Assembly: GCF_009914755.1 (NCBI RefSeq)
Contig: NC_060935.1
Length of the DNA: 64,000 nt
DNA from: the human T2T-CHM13v2.0 reference genome, Homo sapiens
Direction: 5' to 3' (one strand)
Positions 43,854 through 60,087 of this stretch are shown piece after piece. Position numbers and translations under genes: made by a program. The notes beneath the pieces were generated by a model that was not told where the DNA came from, made no database searches, and saw only the letters and a list, made by a program, of their open reading frames with translations. Numbering within the stretch: the first letter of the stretch is position 1; each line of letters starts with the position of its first letter.

Positions 43854-45938
43854 CTGTAGAGCAGTCAGAAAAAGGTGGGAAAAAAATGAAAATAAGTGAA
43901 ATTAATTTTCTGTACCATATAGCAAACATGCTGAATGCAATCTCTAGATTTTGTGATGGGTCAGGCCTTATTTCATGGTTTCTCATAGTGATTAGCCTAA
44001 AGGAGTAGCAAATGTTGCTTATGAAGTGTCAAGATTAAAATAAATACGTCTGTTTCTAAGTGTGTCTTTTTTGAGGAAACCATTAATTAAAAGTATAGGG
44101 TAATGTAAATATGATCATGCCAGGTAGCTAAGGACAAGTTAAAGCTCTGATCATATTAGACTATATGTCTAATATAGTCATATATTAGACTATATATGAC
44201 TAAATTAAAGTAACAATTGCTTTACTGTGTCTAAATTCAATAAACATTTTTTCAATGGCTAGATCAGTACTGGAAATACTTATTTAAACATTTACTATGT
44301 GAACAGAAAAATAGCAGGAGTAAGGAAAAGAATCTAACACTGTCCCTCCTCTTGCCCTGGTTGTTCATAAGTATAAAACTTTACTTACAAACTGATAGTT
44401 CTTTAGCTGTAAAGGACAATCACAAAGGAAGCTCTGCAGCTCTAATTACTCTGCTCATGTTTATATATTCAAGTGTGTGTGTGTGAGACAGAGAGAGAGA
44501 GAGAGCATAGAGAAATCCTTCTTAACTGCAATAGAAATGCTAATTGTTCATATAATATTCATCCTCCCATTCTTTCTTAGTAACAGACAATTAATTTTAT
44601 TCAGGGAAGCAAAAAGTCCAGCCAAAATACTACATTTCTCAGACTCCCTGCATCTGTTTTGGCTGTGTGACTATATTTTGGCCACTGCCCCCTCCTTCCT
44701 ACTTGTCTGCTTTCTGAGCTACACACCCACACACACACCCTCCCCACTCCCCACAAAGCTACTCTTTGGTGTTTTGAAATAACTTTGGACAGGACGACTA
44801 GAACTCAGCGTTCTAGTCATTTACTAAGGCTGGGATTCCAGACAAATAACTTTTCCTCTCTAAACTGGATTTCTTTCATCTATAAAAGGGTCAATAAGTT
44901 GGGATGCTACAGAAAAAAAGTGTGCTAAGAATTGTAGAGGGCCACACAAATATCAGAAATACATTTTATTAACGGTATCAATGAGTGCCTACAGTATACT
45001 GACAGGCCTTCTGGGAGGCCCAGTATTGATGCAAGAAATGGGCTAAGTCCAGTATGAGCTGGGAAATGTAGGTGGGAATTTGATTTCAAGGCCCTTAGAG
45101 AATCAGTTGTTTTTCATTTGATTTTTTTTTTTTTGTACCAGGAGAGAGAAAATTTTGCTTTTCTTGGAAAAAATAAGAAGATAAAATTACTAGTATTTGA
45201 TTACTTCATGACATCTACTTTTTTGAGGGAGATGGAAACGGAAACTACTTAAACCACTTTTTTTACATATTTAATCTGATTAATATGTGTGAAATACACT
45301 GCGTTTCACTTATGAGCAGTGACTTTCTCCCTATCATAGTACATGTTCTTTAAAAGAATGTTATGTTGCTATTATCATAATATATGTAACCAGATTGTAG
45401 AAATTAAAGGCAACTCTTTAAAGTCTTGCTATAACATAGTAGAGATGAAATCAACTTCATATATTTTTAAATTTCTGTTGATAACTAATGAAAAGATCCT
45501 TTATGAAGGATTGTGTATCTAAGATAATTCTAAGAATAAGAGATATCTTCCTCCCTGACCCACTCAAAAGTATATAAACATTTTTTGACATTTAAGTTTT
45601 TCCTTTGAAAGTAGAATTTATTTACATTTAAAAAAACTGATTTAAATCTTTTATTAAGGTTAATGAGTTTCAAGCTACATTTCTGTTTTATGTGGCTGAA
45701 TGTGAATATACTTGTTAAAGCTTTTAACATGGTGCCTGAACATAGTAAGAACCTGATAAATATTAGATATTTAAGAATAATATAATAAATATTATATTAT
45801 TATTAAAAGTAAAGGTTTGTAATTTACAACATTTAATGTTCATATAAGTGTAAATTTTTGAAAAATATTTGCCTTTTAAAATCTTCTCTGATCATCTGTC
45901 ACTTTAAACAGTTCTTTTAATTAATAAAAAATTTCAAG

Positions 45939-46251
<313 letters not shown>

Positions 46252-46759
46252 TCAGAAACCTAAAATAAGCTATATTAACAATGGATACTCTTCACCGAAC
46301 ATTTAATCCAAGGTTGGTACTGAATGTTCTATGTATACCTTCACTGTTAATCCACACAACAACTTTCATAGGAAAGTATAATGCCCATTTTGTTGCATTG
46401 GGAACTAAAACTCAGAAAGGTTAAATAATTTTCTTAAGGTCACACTTATATTAAGGGGGGATGACTTTTACTAAATTCATTCTGAGTCTAACTCCAAAGC
46501 TTAGTTTGTTAATAATCAGATAATAATCTTTACAATTACCAGTTATTTTGGTGAGGGGTATTATATAAAGGTAAAAACAAAAAAAGCTTCCAGGACAATT
46601 ATCATCTAACAATTCTCTCTTCATGTAGGAAAAAAGTGAGTGTGATAAACTATTCCTCAGGAGAGGATGGTATGGCAGTTTTAGACCATTCTAGTCTCAG
46701 GAGATAATCATATCAATAGAAACAATAAACAAAAGGAATGAGTTTAAAAAGCCCATGAT

Positions 46760-47210
46760 GGTTCTCCCTTGATAGCTTTCAAATTTTACTGTGTATCAGA
46801 ATTTCCTGTAGGGCTTCTTAAAACACAGAATGCTAGGCCCTACCCCAAGACTTGCTGACTCAGAAGTCTGAGCATTTGTAGTTTTCACCATTCCCCCAGG
46901 AGCTACTGATGTTGCTGATAGAGCAGGTAAGGAGGATCAGGAGTGAGCTGGTACAGGTGGTGATTTTACAGAGGGTCCCCAACTTAGGATGGTTCAATTT
47001 AAATGTTTTTGACTTTATGATGGAGTGAAAGCAATATGTATTCAATAGAGACTGTACTTAAAATTTTGATTTTTGACCTTTTCCTGTACCAGTAGTATTT
47101 GGTACAATATTCTCTCATGATGCTGGGCAGCTGCCACAGCTTCCAGCCAGACACATGACCATGAGCTTAAACAACCAATACTGTACTCTACAGTGTACAG
47201 CAGCATTCAA
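46760..47210. mobile_element. MER5-like fragment (~46760-46920) followed by MER47/Tigger5-like fragment (~46969-47210)
   Basis: tgtgtatcagaatttcctg...; cagagggtccccaacttaggatggttc TIR-like start. Confidence 0.6.
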
Positions 47211-47211
47211 T

Positions 47212-47845
47212 ACAGGTAGGTAATTTTTTCAATCCCTGCACCTTTCCCTCCCACATCTTGTATTCCCCAGTGTCTATTGTTTCCATCTTCATGTCTACGT
47301 GTACCCAATGTTTAGTTTTCTGTTTTTGCATGTAAACATAAATAAAAACAAATAACCTATTTTCATCTCAATAGATGCAGAAAAAGTTTTTGATAAAATC
47401 CAACATCCCTTTATGGTAAAAACCCTCAATAAACTACACATATAAGGAACATACCTCAAAATAATAAGAGCCATCTATGACAAACCCACAACCAACATGA
47501 TCCTGAATTGGCAAAAGGTGGATGTGTTTCCTTTGAGAACCAGAACAAGACAAGGATGCCCACTCTCACCACTCTTATTCAACATAGCACTGGAAGTCCT
47601 AGCCAGAGCAATCAAGTAGGAGAAAGAAAGGAAAGGCATCCAAATAAGAAACAAAGTCATACTATCTCTCTTTGCTGATGATTTGCTTCTATACCTAGAA
47701 AAACCCACTCTGCCAAGAGAACTGATAAATGACTTCAGTAGTTTCAGTATACAAAGTCAATGCACAAAAATCAGCAGCATTTCCATGTACCAGTAATGTT
47801 CAAGCTGAGAGCGAAATCAAGAACTCAAGCCCACTTACAATAATT
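47212..47845. mobile_element. Rearranged old L1PA: minus-strand 3'UTR piece (~47212-47330) joined to plus-strand ORF2 RT piece (~47335-47845)
   Basis: tctcaatagatgcagaaaaag...caaggatgcccactctcacc...tttgctgatga (FADD region) on +. Confidence 0.75.
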
Positions 47846-49652
47846 TGTAATTATTATCTAATGCAATCTCATGTTAAAAGGAACATGGTTTGAAAAAAAA
47901 CCAATTTGATGTTTATCTCTTGGAATTCTGAATGATTCAGTCAAGGCCTTACAAATTAATTAATTTAAAGTCTGTAAGGATAAAAGTTCTTTGGCAAGGA
48001 GTCCCCATAAAATAATCATGCTAACAAAATTATGCTCCAATAACCATTATGAATGGATACATTTAATATAAGATTTTTAAGAAAGGAAGGACTTTAGGCT
48101 ACTTTGTCGACTGACAATTTCTGCCTAAAAATAAAAAAAAAAACCCCAAATAAACAACAAAAATCCCTCAAACATAAAAACTAAAGAGTCTGAAAAGATG
48201 TATGGCAGCTGAATGCAGGATGGGGTAACAAAGAAAGAAAGATGGAGAATTACCTGTGCTTAATCTATCTCCAGAAAGTGGCTACATCCCCAACTTGTTC
48301 TGAAATTTTAGCCACCTAACCTCCAGCTATAGACTCGGCTTGGCCCTATCCTTCAACCAATTCTTATCTGAGTCGGGAATGAGTTGTGCTCTCAGTCAGC
48401 ACTAAGGCTTGTTTATTGCTTGCTCATTAGTCTTGCGCTAACACAGCTTCTTGACTTAGATCTCTGAGCCAAAATCTTTACAATTTAAGCAGTGCCTCAG
48501 TTTTACAGTCCTGATGACAGGGTTTAGCCTTGTGAATCCCAGCCCAGGGGTTGGGATCCACTACCTGCTGATAGACCAGCGTCCTTCAGACATCCTACTT
48601 GCGTAGTTTTGCAAACATCAGTAGCATTAGGCATTCTTATAACTACATTCCACACTCTAGTCAGAATACTACCTTTTAGATCTCTTGCCATCCAGGTATT
48701 CGAATTTCACATACTATATAAAAGAAAGCCTAAATTTAAGGATTAGAAGATGAAAGACAGTAATTCTTTAATGAAAGACATTATGTATACTGTGGAAAAT
48801 CTTATGAATTACTGTGCTTGTAGAAACTGTACCGGAATAACCACTACCACAAATATGCAGACACACAAGGGAAAGGGCTCCTTCCTGACTAATCTAAGCA
48901 GAGCATATCACCCAGAGCCACCTCTACCAGACAGGACAATGTATCTCTTCTGACAGGATTTAGAATGGATTGAAGATATAAAAGCAGCCCACATGGCAGA
49001 GCCTTTCCCCCTGCCCTGAGGCAAGCAATTGCTTTGAGAAATGGCAGAACAGAGCTGACAACGAGAATGGTGATGAGAATTCACTTTTGCAAGAGGCCAG
49101 GTGCTTTTTATAATTTTATTTAAATATCACAAAGACTTACAAGAAAGAATTGTGTCATGCATTGGGCATTCCTCAAAGCAACATTAGAAGGAAGGTATCT
49201 CCATTATCATCATTTGTAATACAGAACAAAAAGTCAACATAAAGATGCTCAGATTGCCACTCTCCCTCAATCATGAGGACTTAAACCAGAATGTGACTCA
49301 AGGGAAAAAGCTTGAAGCCACCCAAAGCTCTTTCCTTCTCCCTCTCTCTCCTCCTCTCCTTCTTGCATAATAGTCATCACATTCTGTTAATTATGCCTCC
49401 GAACACCCTTAGACATCTATCTGATCTTCCATATTACTATTACCACAGTACAAACCATTATCATTTCTTGCCTGAATATGAAATTGCCAAGTAGCTAGTG
49501 TGCTGGCCCCATGCGGTAGCTCATGTACCTCTCTAGTTTCATGAGAAATCTATAAAAATGTAAGTCTAATTATCTTTCTCCTTGGCTTAAAATCCTTTCA
49601 TGGGTCTTCATTGTCTTTACAACAAAGTCCAAGGTCATTTAAGTGGCAGTCC

Positions 49653-50280
<628 letters not shown>

Positions 50281-50666
50281 GACAAAGGGTATTCTAGGCC
50301 CTGTCCACATTTCTCCTTATACCTCGACTCCAAGTGTATGTGTGCTTGCACATGCATGCACACACGTGCTCCACACATACACAGTTTTCAGCCACCTGGG
50401 AGTAATCCCTCAATGACCCACCACTTCTAAGTTAAGTATAATTTGAGGGGCCAAACAAATCTGGATTGGAGACCCAGCTCTGCCATGTGACTTTGGGTAG
50501 GGCATTTACCTCTTTGAATCTCAGTCCTCTTATCTGTAAAATTAGGGAAACAGTACTACCTAACTTATAGAGGAATAGTAAGAATTAAATTAATAATGCA
50601 TATAAAGCACAATTCCTGGATGTGTAGTGCTCATTATGTGTTACTATTATAAACAAAAATAACTTG

Positions 50667-50988
50667 GGCCAGGTACAGTGGCTCACACCTGTAATCCCAG
50701 CATTTTGGGAGACCAAGACGGGTAGATCACCAGGTCAGGAGTTTGAGACCAGCCTGGTCACTATGGTGAAACTTTGTCTCTATTAAAAATACAAAAATTA
50801 GCCCGGCATGGTGGCGAGCACCTGTAAACCCTTCTACTCAGGAGGCTGAGGCAGAAGAATTGCTTGAACCCGGGAGGCAGAGCTTGCAGTGAGCCGAAAT
50901 TGCACCACTGCACGCCAGCCTAGGCAACAGAGCGAGACTCTGTCTAAAAAATAAAATAAAATAAAATAAAATAAAATAAAATAAAATA
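50667..50988 (+). mobile_element. Alu (AluS) with (TAAAA)n tail, next to a MIR (~50440-50650)
   Basis: TSD aaaataacttg. Confidence 0.92.
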
Positions 50989-53494
50989 ACTTGGCTCAGG
51001 ATCAGATGACAAGTACATTACAGACATGCAGATTGAACAGAAATTATTAAAGATAGATGATATCTTGAAGAAGAACTCAAAACTTGGCTAGGAAAGAGAA
51101 AGGAGGATAAGCTGGAGAACAGACTATGGAAAGGTCATCTGAGGCTTTGCAGTTTAAGGGTATTACCCAAAATCACCATTTGAAGTCATTTTTACGTAGC
51201 CCATTAGAAATGAGATTGAGGTAGGACATTGCTTTTATTGTCCAAACAATCAAGGTTGTTCTTTGGCAGCAAACCAAGTCAAAAAAGAACAGCTCTAAAA
51301 TTTGTCATAAATGATATTCCTCTCTCTAAACAGTTCCGATATTAGGAAGCTCAGAGAACTTGATCTTTATGAGAACCAAGTAGAAACAGTTTATTCTTGT
51401 ATTTTCACAATATTTTTACCTACATTGTGGTTAAAACTTCCAGAGCCAATGGGTCATGTTTTGCTGGTTTAATTGCCAAAATGGTTGCAAGTAATTTGTG
51501 GATAAAATTATACCAGATGTACTTAACCATTTTACATGTCCAAGCTGTATTTACAAGGATAAAAATATATTATAACTACTCTCTAGTCTACATGTTATGA
51601 ACCTAAATCCTTCAGAGTTTATTAGCAATAAAACTTGTTTTTTATCTCCATTTGTTTCCTCCAACCTATAAATCAACAATATGCATTTTGTATTAGATGC
51701 ACATTCTTTTTTTATTCCTTTCCACTCATCTGTCTCTTTCTGACAACTGTCACACCTATTCATGTTCTGAGAATTTTCATGGAGCAATGTCTACAATTAC
51801 ATCCTGATGAGAATGGATGCCCTGGCTTTGGCAGTGGGTCAAATAAGAGCTCACAAATGTAAAAATTGATTAATGAACATTCTTGTATTTTAGAAGAGTG
51901 TTCCCAAGCACCATTGCAGGAGTTATTTTTTAAATGCCTTTCCTTTAAACATATACATACATACACATATACATTTCAGAACTAGTCAGTTCTCTTCATG
52001 AATATTTTTCACCTATATAAAGGACATACATTTCCATATTTCATTATTTGTTAGATGTCTCTTGGTAACAGGAAGTTAAAGATTATAGGGACACTATGTT
52101 GACTAAATAGAAACCCAAGTCCAAATCCAAACTACCACAGCTCACACTAACCAGTGCACAATGAGTCCATGTTAGTGATGTTATGATCTATGTTGGTTAT
52201 GCAATGATCTGTAAATACTCTGTGATATGGTATAACTTTATAGGGCAAGGAAGTTGCTTTGTAACCCATATTTTAGGTCTTAAAACATATTTCAATCAGA
52301 AAAATGAGGAAAAAATATCAATGTAGATACATACAGCAGTGGTTGTGAATGAAATACATTCTAATTGTTTGACTCACCTTTCAACTTTACAGAATTTTTT
52401 TTATGTTACAAAGCTACAAATTCTTTGACTTTCAGTTATCTGCAATGATGAATAAATGTGTGTGTTCTGACTGCAACTACCAACCATTTCTCCTTCTTAT
52501 TCCCTTACCTGGGACCATCCTCTTCCCTGAGACAAAACAATATTGAATTTAGGCCAATTAACAACTCTAAAATGGCCTCTAAGTTTCAAGTGAAAGGAGA
52601 GTTGCATGTCTCTTACTTCAATCAAAAATTGGACACGATTAAACTTAGTGAGGAAGGCATGTTGAAAGCTGAGATAGGCATAAAGTTAGGCTTCTTGCGC
52701 CAAACAGTGAGCCAAATTGCTAATGCAAGGGAAAAAGTTTCTGAAGAAAATTTAAAGTGCTACTTCAGTGAACATATGAATAATAAGAAAGCAAAACAGC
52801 CTTATTGCTGATATGGAGAAAGTTTTAGTGGTCTGGATGATTAAACCAGCCACAACACAACATTCTCTTCAGCCAAAGACTAATCCAGAACAAGGCCTTA
52901 ACTCTCTTCTATTCCATGAAGGCTGACAGAGATGTGGAAGCTGCAGAAGAAAAGTCTGAAGCTAGAAGAAGTGGTTCATGAGGTTTAAGAAAAGAAGCCA
53001 TCTCTATAATATAAAAGTTCAAAGCAAAGCAGCAAGTGCTGATGGAGAAGCTGCAGTATATTATCCAGAAGATCTAGCTGACATAATAGATGAAGGTGAC
53101 TACACTAAACAACAGATTTTCAATGTAGACAAGACAGCCATCAAGTGGTAGACGCCATCTACGGTATTCACAGCTGGAAAAGAGCAGTCAATGCCTGTCT
53201 TCAAAGCTTCAAAGGATAGACTAACTCTTGTCTATGGACTAATGTAGCTGGTCACTTTAAGTTGAAGCCAATGCTCATTTACCATTCTGAAAAACTTAAG
53301 GCCCGTAAGAATTATGCTAAATCTACTCTGTTTTCACTCTATAAATAAAAGAACAAAGTCCAGACGAAAACACATCTGTTTATAGATAGCATGGTTTACT
53401 GAATATTTTAAGCCCACCAGAGAAAAAAAAAGAAGATTCTATCCAAAGTGTTACTACTCACATAGGCAGTAAGCAAAGCTCACACCAGAACAAT

Positions 53495-53935
53495 AACAAT
53501 GAAATGGATTCAACCTAAGTGTCCATCAATGGATGACTGGATAAAGAAAATACTGCATATACACATAATCAAATACTGTTCAGGAACAAAAAAGAACAAA
53601 ATAATGACTTTTGCAGCAATATGGATAAAACTGGAGACCATTACCCTGAATGAAATAACTCAGACACAGAAAGTTAAATACTTCATGTTCTCACTTAAAA
53701 GTGGGAGCTAGATGATGTGTACACATGGATGTAGAGTATGGAATGATAGACAGTGGAGACTTGAAAGGTTGCAGGGGGGCTAGGAAGTGGGTGAATAATG
53801 AGAAATTACTTATTGCATACAATGTATGTTATTCTGGTGATGGATACCCTAAAAGCCCTGACTTGGCTACTACACAATCTATCCATGTATCAAAATTACA
53901 TACGTACCACAAAAATTTATACAAATAAATTTTTA
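53495..53935 (+). mobile_element. L1MA-type 3' fragment nested in Tigger1
   Basis: QPKCPSMDDWIKK ORF2 C-terminal remnant plus 3'UTR; flanking ttact[a/g]ctca repeat. Confidence 0.85.
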
Positions 53936-54444
53936 AAATTACTGCTCATTGACAATGCACCTAGTCAACCAACAGCTATGATGTAGATGTACAAGGAGAT
54001 GAATGTTGTTTGCAGGCCTGCTAACATTACATCCATTTTGCAATCCATGGATCAAAGAGAAATTCTGACTTTCAATTGTTATTATTTAAGAAATACTTTT
54101 CATAAGGCTATAGCTACCATAGACAGTGATGCTTCTGGTAGATCTGGGCAATGTAAATTTAAAAACATCCTGAAAATTATTCACCTTCTAGATGCTATTA
54201 AGAACATTCATGATTCATGGGAGGAAGTCATAATATCAACATTAATAGGAGTTTGGAAGAAGTGATTTGAGCCCTCATGGATAACTTTCAGGCGTCCATG
54301 ACTTCAGAGGAGGAAGTAACTACAAACATAGTATAAATAGAGAACTAGAATTACAAGTGGAGCCTGAATATATGATTGAACTGCTGCAATCTCATGATAT
54401 AATGTTAATAAATGAAAAGTTGCTTACTATGGATGAGCAAGTAA

Positions 54445-54819
<375 letters not shown>

Positions 54820-56151
54820 TGACAATTTACTTGATAAAGCAACAGCAGGGTTTGAGAGGATTGAGTACAATTTTTAGAGAAGTTAAGCTGTGGGTAAAAT
54901 GCTATCAAACAGCATCACATGCTACAGAGAAATCTTTTGTAAAAGGAAGAGCCAACTGATGCAGCAAACTTCATGGTTTTATGCTAAGAAATTGCCGCAG
55001 GTGCCCCTACCTTTAACAACCACCTTCCTAATCAGTCAGCAACCATCAACATCGAGGAAAGATCCTCTACCAGCAAAAAGTTTATGACTTGCTGAAGGCT
55101 TAGATGATTGTTAGCATTTTTAACAATAAAGTATATTTTAATTAAGGGATGTACATAGTATTTCTAGACATATCTAGGCTACTGCACACTTAAAAGACTA
55201 CAGAATACTGTTAAAATTACTTTTATATGCAGTGAGAAACTTAAAAAAAAGTGTGACAGCTTTATTGCAGTATTGACTTTATTGCAGTGGCCTAGAATCA
55301 AACCCACAATATCTCTGAGGTATTCCTGTAGCTGCAAATAGATAACCACCTGAGAAACTACTATGACTACCCTCTTCAAGCAAAGGCATTAGGCAAACTG
55401 TAAGCCTAAGAGGCAGAAAAGCAGGCATCATCAGCCTCTGCCAACAGCCACTGTAAGTAAAAATACAAATAGGCGTGCACCAATCCTTTTAGGCACATTC
55501 ATGCTCCTGGTCAACATGTACGTATAGAGCAAAGTATGCATTCAAGGCTGTATAGGCACATGTATGTCTTTGTGTGTGTTATCAGGGGATTGCAAGTTTA
55601 TTGCTAAAAATTAAGCCTGGATTAAAATTTGAAACAATGCACAAGCAGTATAATTAGGATTCTGCATTTATTTTTGTGATCATAATTAAGTGAGTATTAT
55701 CAAAGCTAAGTATTAGAGGGAAAATAATTTCCCCGGAAAGCAAAGTTTATGAATACTTGAAAAAACTCTCAAAGCGATGAAAGAATTTGGCATAGTGATT
55801 AGATGAAATATGTATAAACCAAATTCTATTCCTTTAAGTTGATGGCCTTTCTTTTCTATTTTAGATATTAGTTTATTTATTCTTTAGCCTGTTGCACACT
55901 AACAATTAAAGAGAGTTAAACACTCATAGAGGAGGCCCCAAGATGCCACAGGAATGATCAAGATTCAGCATGCGTCAGTCTTTAGGGAAGGAGATGTGTT
56001 ATAAGAGTCGTGGTATTTCCTTAACCTTCGGGAAGATGAAGGCATATTCCTTCAACAAGGACATACGCTTGGGGCATCTATGAGAAGGAAAGGTCTGCTT
56101 CACATAACAAAGCGTCAGAAGATTTCATTTCCCCTGTTTTCAATACGATAA

Positions 56152-56212
56152 ATAAGAATATGTAGAGATTGTCAAAAATCATAAGAATATGTAGAGATTG
56201 TCAAAAATCATA
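56152..56212. repeat. Perfect 29-bp tandem duplication
   Basis: (ataagaatatgtagagattgtcaaaaatc)x2 + ata. Confidence 0.95.
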
Positions 56213-56621
56213 TCTAGCCCACGGCTATTTTGAAAATGACTTGCTACAATATAAATGAATCCTTGCATTTAAAGGACAGTAAATAGAAAACCAGATGAGG
56301 CATCACTGACAAAATACTGTCCCTGTTGATATGACATCAAGCAAAAAGAACCAGACACAGATGCACACAGCATGTTGTCTGCACTGTGCGGCAGCTCCTC
56401 AGTCAAAGCTGGGTTGCAATTACAAGTAAGTATTTCTTCTATGACCCAGCTGCAAGGAGCCTGAGACATTATATTGCAGAAGATGTCTTAGTTAGTTAGG
56501 GTAAGTTATTCAAGATTTTCAGAAATCTTAAGAAAGATTACATTTTGTTTTTGCCTGCCCAAATCTCTCCCAGCACTATGCCCATTGCCTCATCAAAACC
56601 CAGTGAACTCCTTTTGCTTAC

Positions 56622-56703
56622 TTGGGATAATTTCTAGATTGAATGAAGGGCAGAATTTCGGAGTCTTGACTAGATGGAGGCAGTAGTAAATCTCGAAATC
56701 GTT
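56622..56703 (-). CDS. NOX4: NOX4 coding exon (exon 13, 82 nt): (E)RFRDLLLPPSSQDSEILPFIQSRNYP(K)
   Basis: Manual reverse-complement translation; acceptor ttttgacag| and donor |gtaagc; phase 2 end joins the next exon in frame; peptide matches recalled human NOX4. Confidence 0.96.
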
Positions 56704-57164
56704 CTGTCAAAAGAAAAATAAACATCAAGCTGTGAAAAGATAAAAGTCATGAAAATAATTTCAAAATGGAAGTATTTCCTATTGGTTTATTTTGTTAGAC
56801 ATTTTGACTGTATATCCATCCTTTATTAGAAATTTACCCACCATTTTATGTATTACTAATATATACATAGTGTATGTATGTGTGTGTGTGTATATATATA
56901 TAGATGGATTATAATATTTTAATCATAAATATATATGTAGCCATTAAGGATAAATAGGTATAAATATATAAATAATATATATTCATATATATATTTTAAA
57001 TATATAAAATTAAGCCTGGATTAATATTTGAAATAGTTATATTTATCCTATAAATATACATAATATATACATTTCTACATATAGATATTTCTCATATATA
57101 AATATAAAAATATATTTTTTTTCCTTAATGGTAACATATATCTTTATGATCAAATCTTATCATT

Positions 57165-57960
57165 GAAAGGTTAGAGAAAATATACATGACCAATAAACAT
57201 ACTAAGAGATGCACAGTCTCTTTAGTAACCCATGCAATGTGAATCAAAACCAGACACCATTAACTAGCATTTACATCATGTAGCATTCAATTGACAGAAA
57301 TTAGTCTCCCAAGACCAAGTGTTGGAGAGGATGTTGATCAACCTAAGCTCTTATGTACTGCTGGTGGGAGTCCAAATTGGTACAATAGCTATTGAAGACA
57401 ATTTGGCATTATCATTTAAGTTTTACTTTTGCAAAGTCTGTGGCCCAATATTTCCATTCTCAGGGACACACCCTGCAGAAACTTTCACATGTGTCTTAGA
57501 CAGCAAGTATGAGCATGTTCACAGTAGCACCACTCATAGAACAACATAAATGGAAGCAGCTCAGTTGCTCATTGACATGAGAGAATGGACATTTGTGCTT
57601 ATTCGCAAACAAAATGAAGTACTAACTGAAGTGAAACTGAATGATTTTATTTATAAATAAAAACCTAATGAATCATATTAATATAATGTTGAGTGAAATA
57701 AAATCTCCGCAGATTGCATGTAACAGAACATAATTTTTATTGAGTTAAAAAACTAAGCAATGTATTATTTAAGTATGATATATATGAAATAAAGCAAACC
57801 AATTAAAAAGGAAGGACATGCACAATTCAGAATAATGACTATCTTTTAGGAAAGGTAGGGGGATGAAATAGGAGAGAAGCAAAAGGGTAAATGTAAGTAA
57901 TTGTTGGTGTTTCATATGTATTAATTGTAATATCATAAATGAATAAATAAATAAGTGAAT
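57165..57960 (+). mobile_element. Ancient L1ME-type 3' fragment
   Basis: accaagtgttggagaggatg...ctgctggtgggag...caatttggc. Confidence 0.6.
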
Positions 57961-59425
57961 GACGGCCAGGAAAAGACCAATAATGACTGCATATCATGAG
58001 CTAAGAATTGATTTAGTAAACTTCAGTGCATATGAATTCATAATGAAGAAAAGAGAGAAAATAGGAGGGGGAGGGGAAGAGGAAGGGGGAAAAAAAAAGA
58101 AGGACAAAGGAAAAAATCCTAGATGTTACCTTGGAAATACTTACGTTGCATAGCTATCTGCATGGCATAGAGTATGCACATTTTCAGGAATAGGTATGCA
58201 TTACCTCTAGAGTCATACCTATGGAAAGGCTTCCTTGATCCCTCCATTACTTTTTTGTTCTCTCCTCCTGCCCAATTTGGAATAGGCTGGACCTACTGTA
58301 CACTCCCAGTACAACTTGTGCTTCCACCTTCACAGAGTTTATCACACTATGTTTTATTGTTATATGTATTTATCTCTCTATCCCTCTTTCTTCTTCTAGT
58401 AGATGAGTATTGTGCCACCAAGATACAGAACATTATCTGATACATAATTAAGGTGCTGGATAAATATTTGTTGAAGAAATATTTCCAACATCTATTTTTA
58501 CTGGAGAAAACTGTTTGTTAAGGTTAATCATAATAACTCCCAGCAGAGACCAAACGGTCATATATCAACCATGAACAGCAAGTGGACCCATACTCCTGTC
58601 TTGATACGGTCGCACAGTCAGGCTTAGATAGTATGCAAAGCTAACACTCCCCAGCTGCAGTAAATCCTTCACTAACTGAAGGTGAGCATTTCCACAAAAT
58701 GATGAAAATATACACTTGATGACAATTGCCATTTCCTAGTTTATGAATAACTAGATGTTAAATTATTTGGAATACGGCAGTCACAAAGTGGCCAGTGCTT
58801 CCTGAGAAGCAGAATGTATATTTTATCTTCATATTTATTAAAACATACTGAATCAGAGATACATAACTGGCTTCTACTGTTTTTTTTTCTCTCAAAATTC
58901 TGACATTTCTTACAACATAGATGAGGAGGAACTAATGAGATCCAAACACAGATGTGCTTACACTCTGAAGTCTAGAAATCCAAAAAAATACTCTGTGTTT
59001 TTCTCGAATTATACTCTTTTAGTTCACATTTTTAAATATTATATTATTGGCTGATATTTGGGCTGATATTACTCTGTTTAATTTACAAAATTAACATTTC
59101 TTTCAATCAAATGACTAGTAAACTTTCTGATGATAAATAACCCTTGGTTTTCAGTCTACTTGCCAATTTATGCAGTACTCATTAAATGAGTAATGTGTAA
59201 TGCTCTATCTTTTCAATTTTTTTCCCACTTAGCCTTTTCCTAAAATGAGTCTTGAAAAATCAAGCCAAAACCCAACAGCAAACAAGAACTTTACATATCA
59301 GGTAAAGAACCGTTAAATCAAACAGCTATATGTGTTATGATATTCCTTGAAAGGTAATAGTATAAATTAAAGTTTAGTGAATTTCTCCCAAACTTGTTAA
59401 AAGCAAACAAAATTCGGAATTCTTA

Positions 59426-60087
<662 letters not shown>

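Noticed and set aside
44150-44202. Short overlapping palindromes (atattagac...gtctaatat)
   Set aside because: Very short and AT-rich; compatible with local slippage, no functional indication
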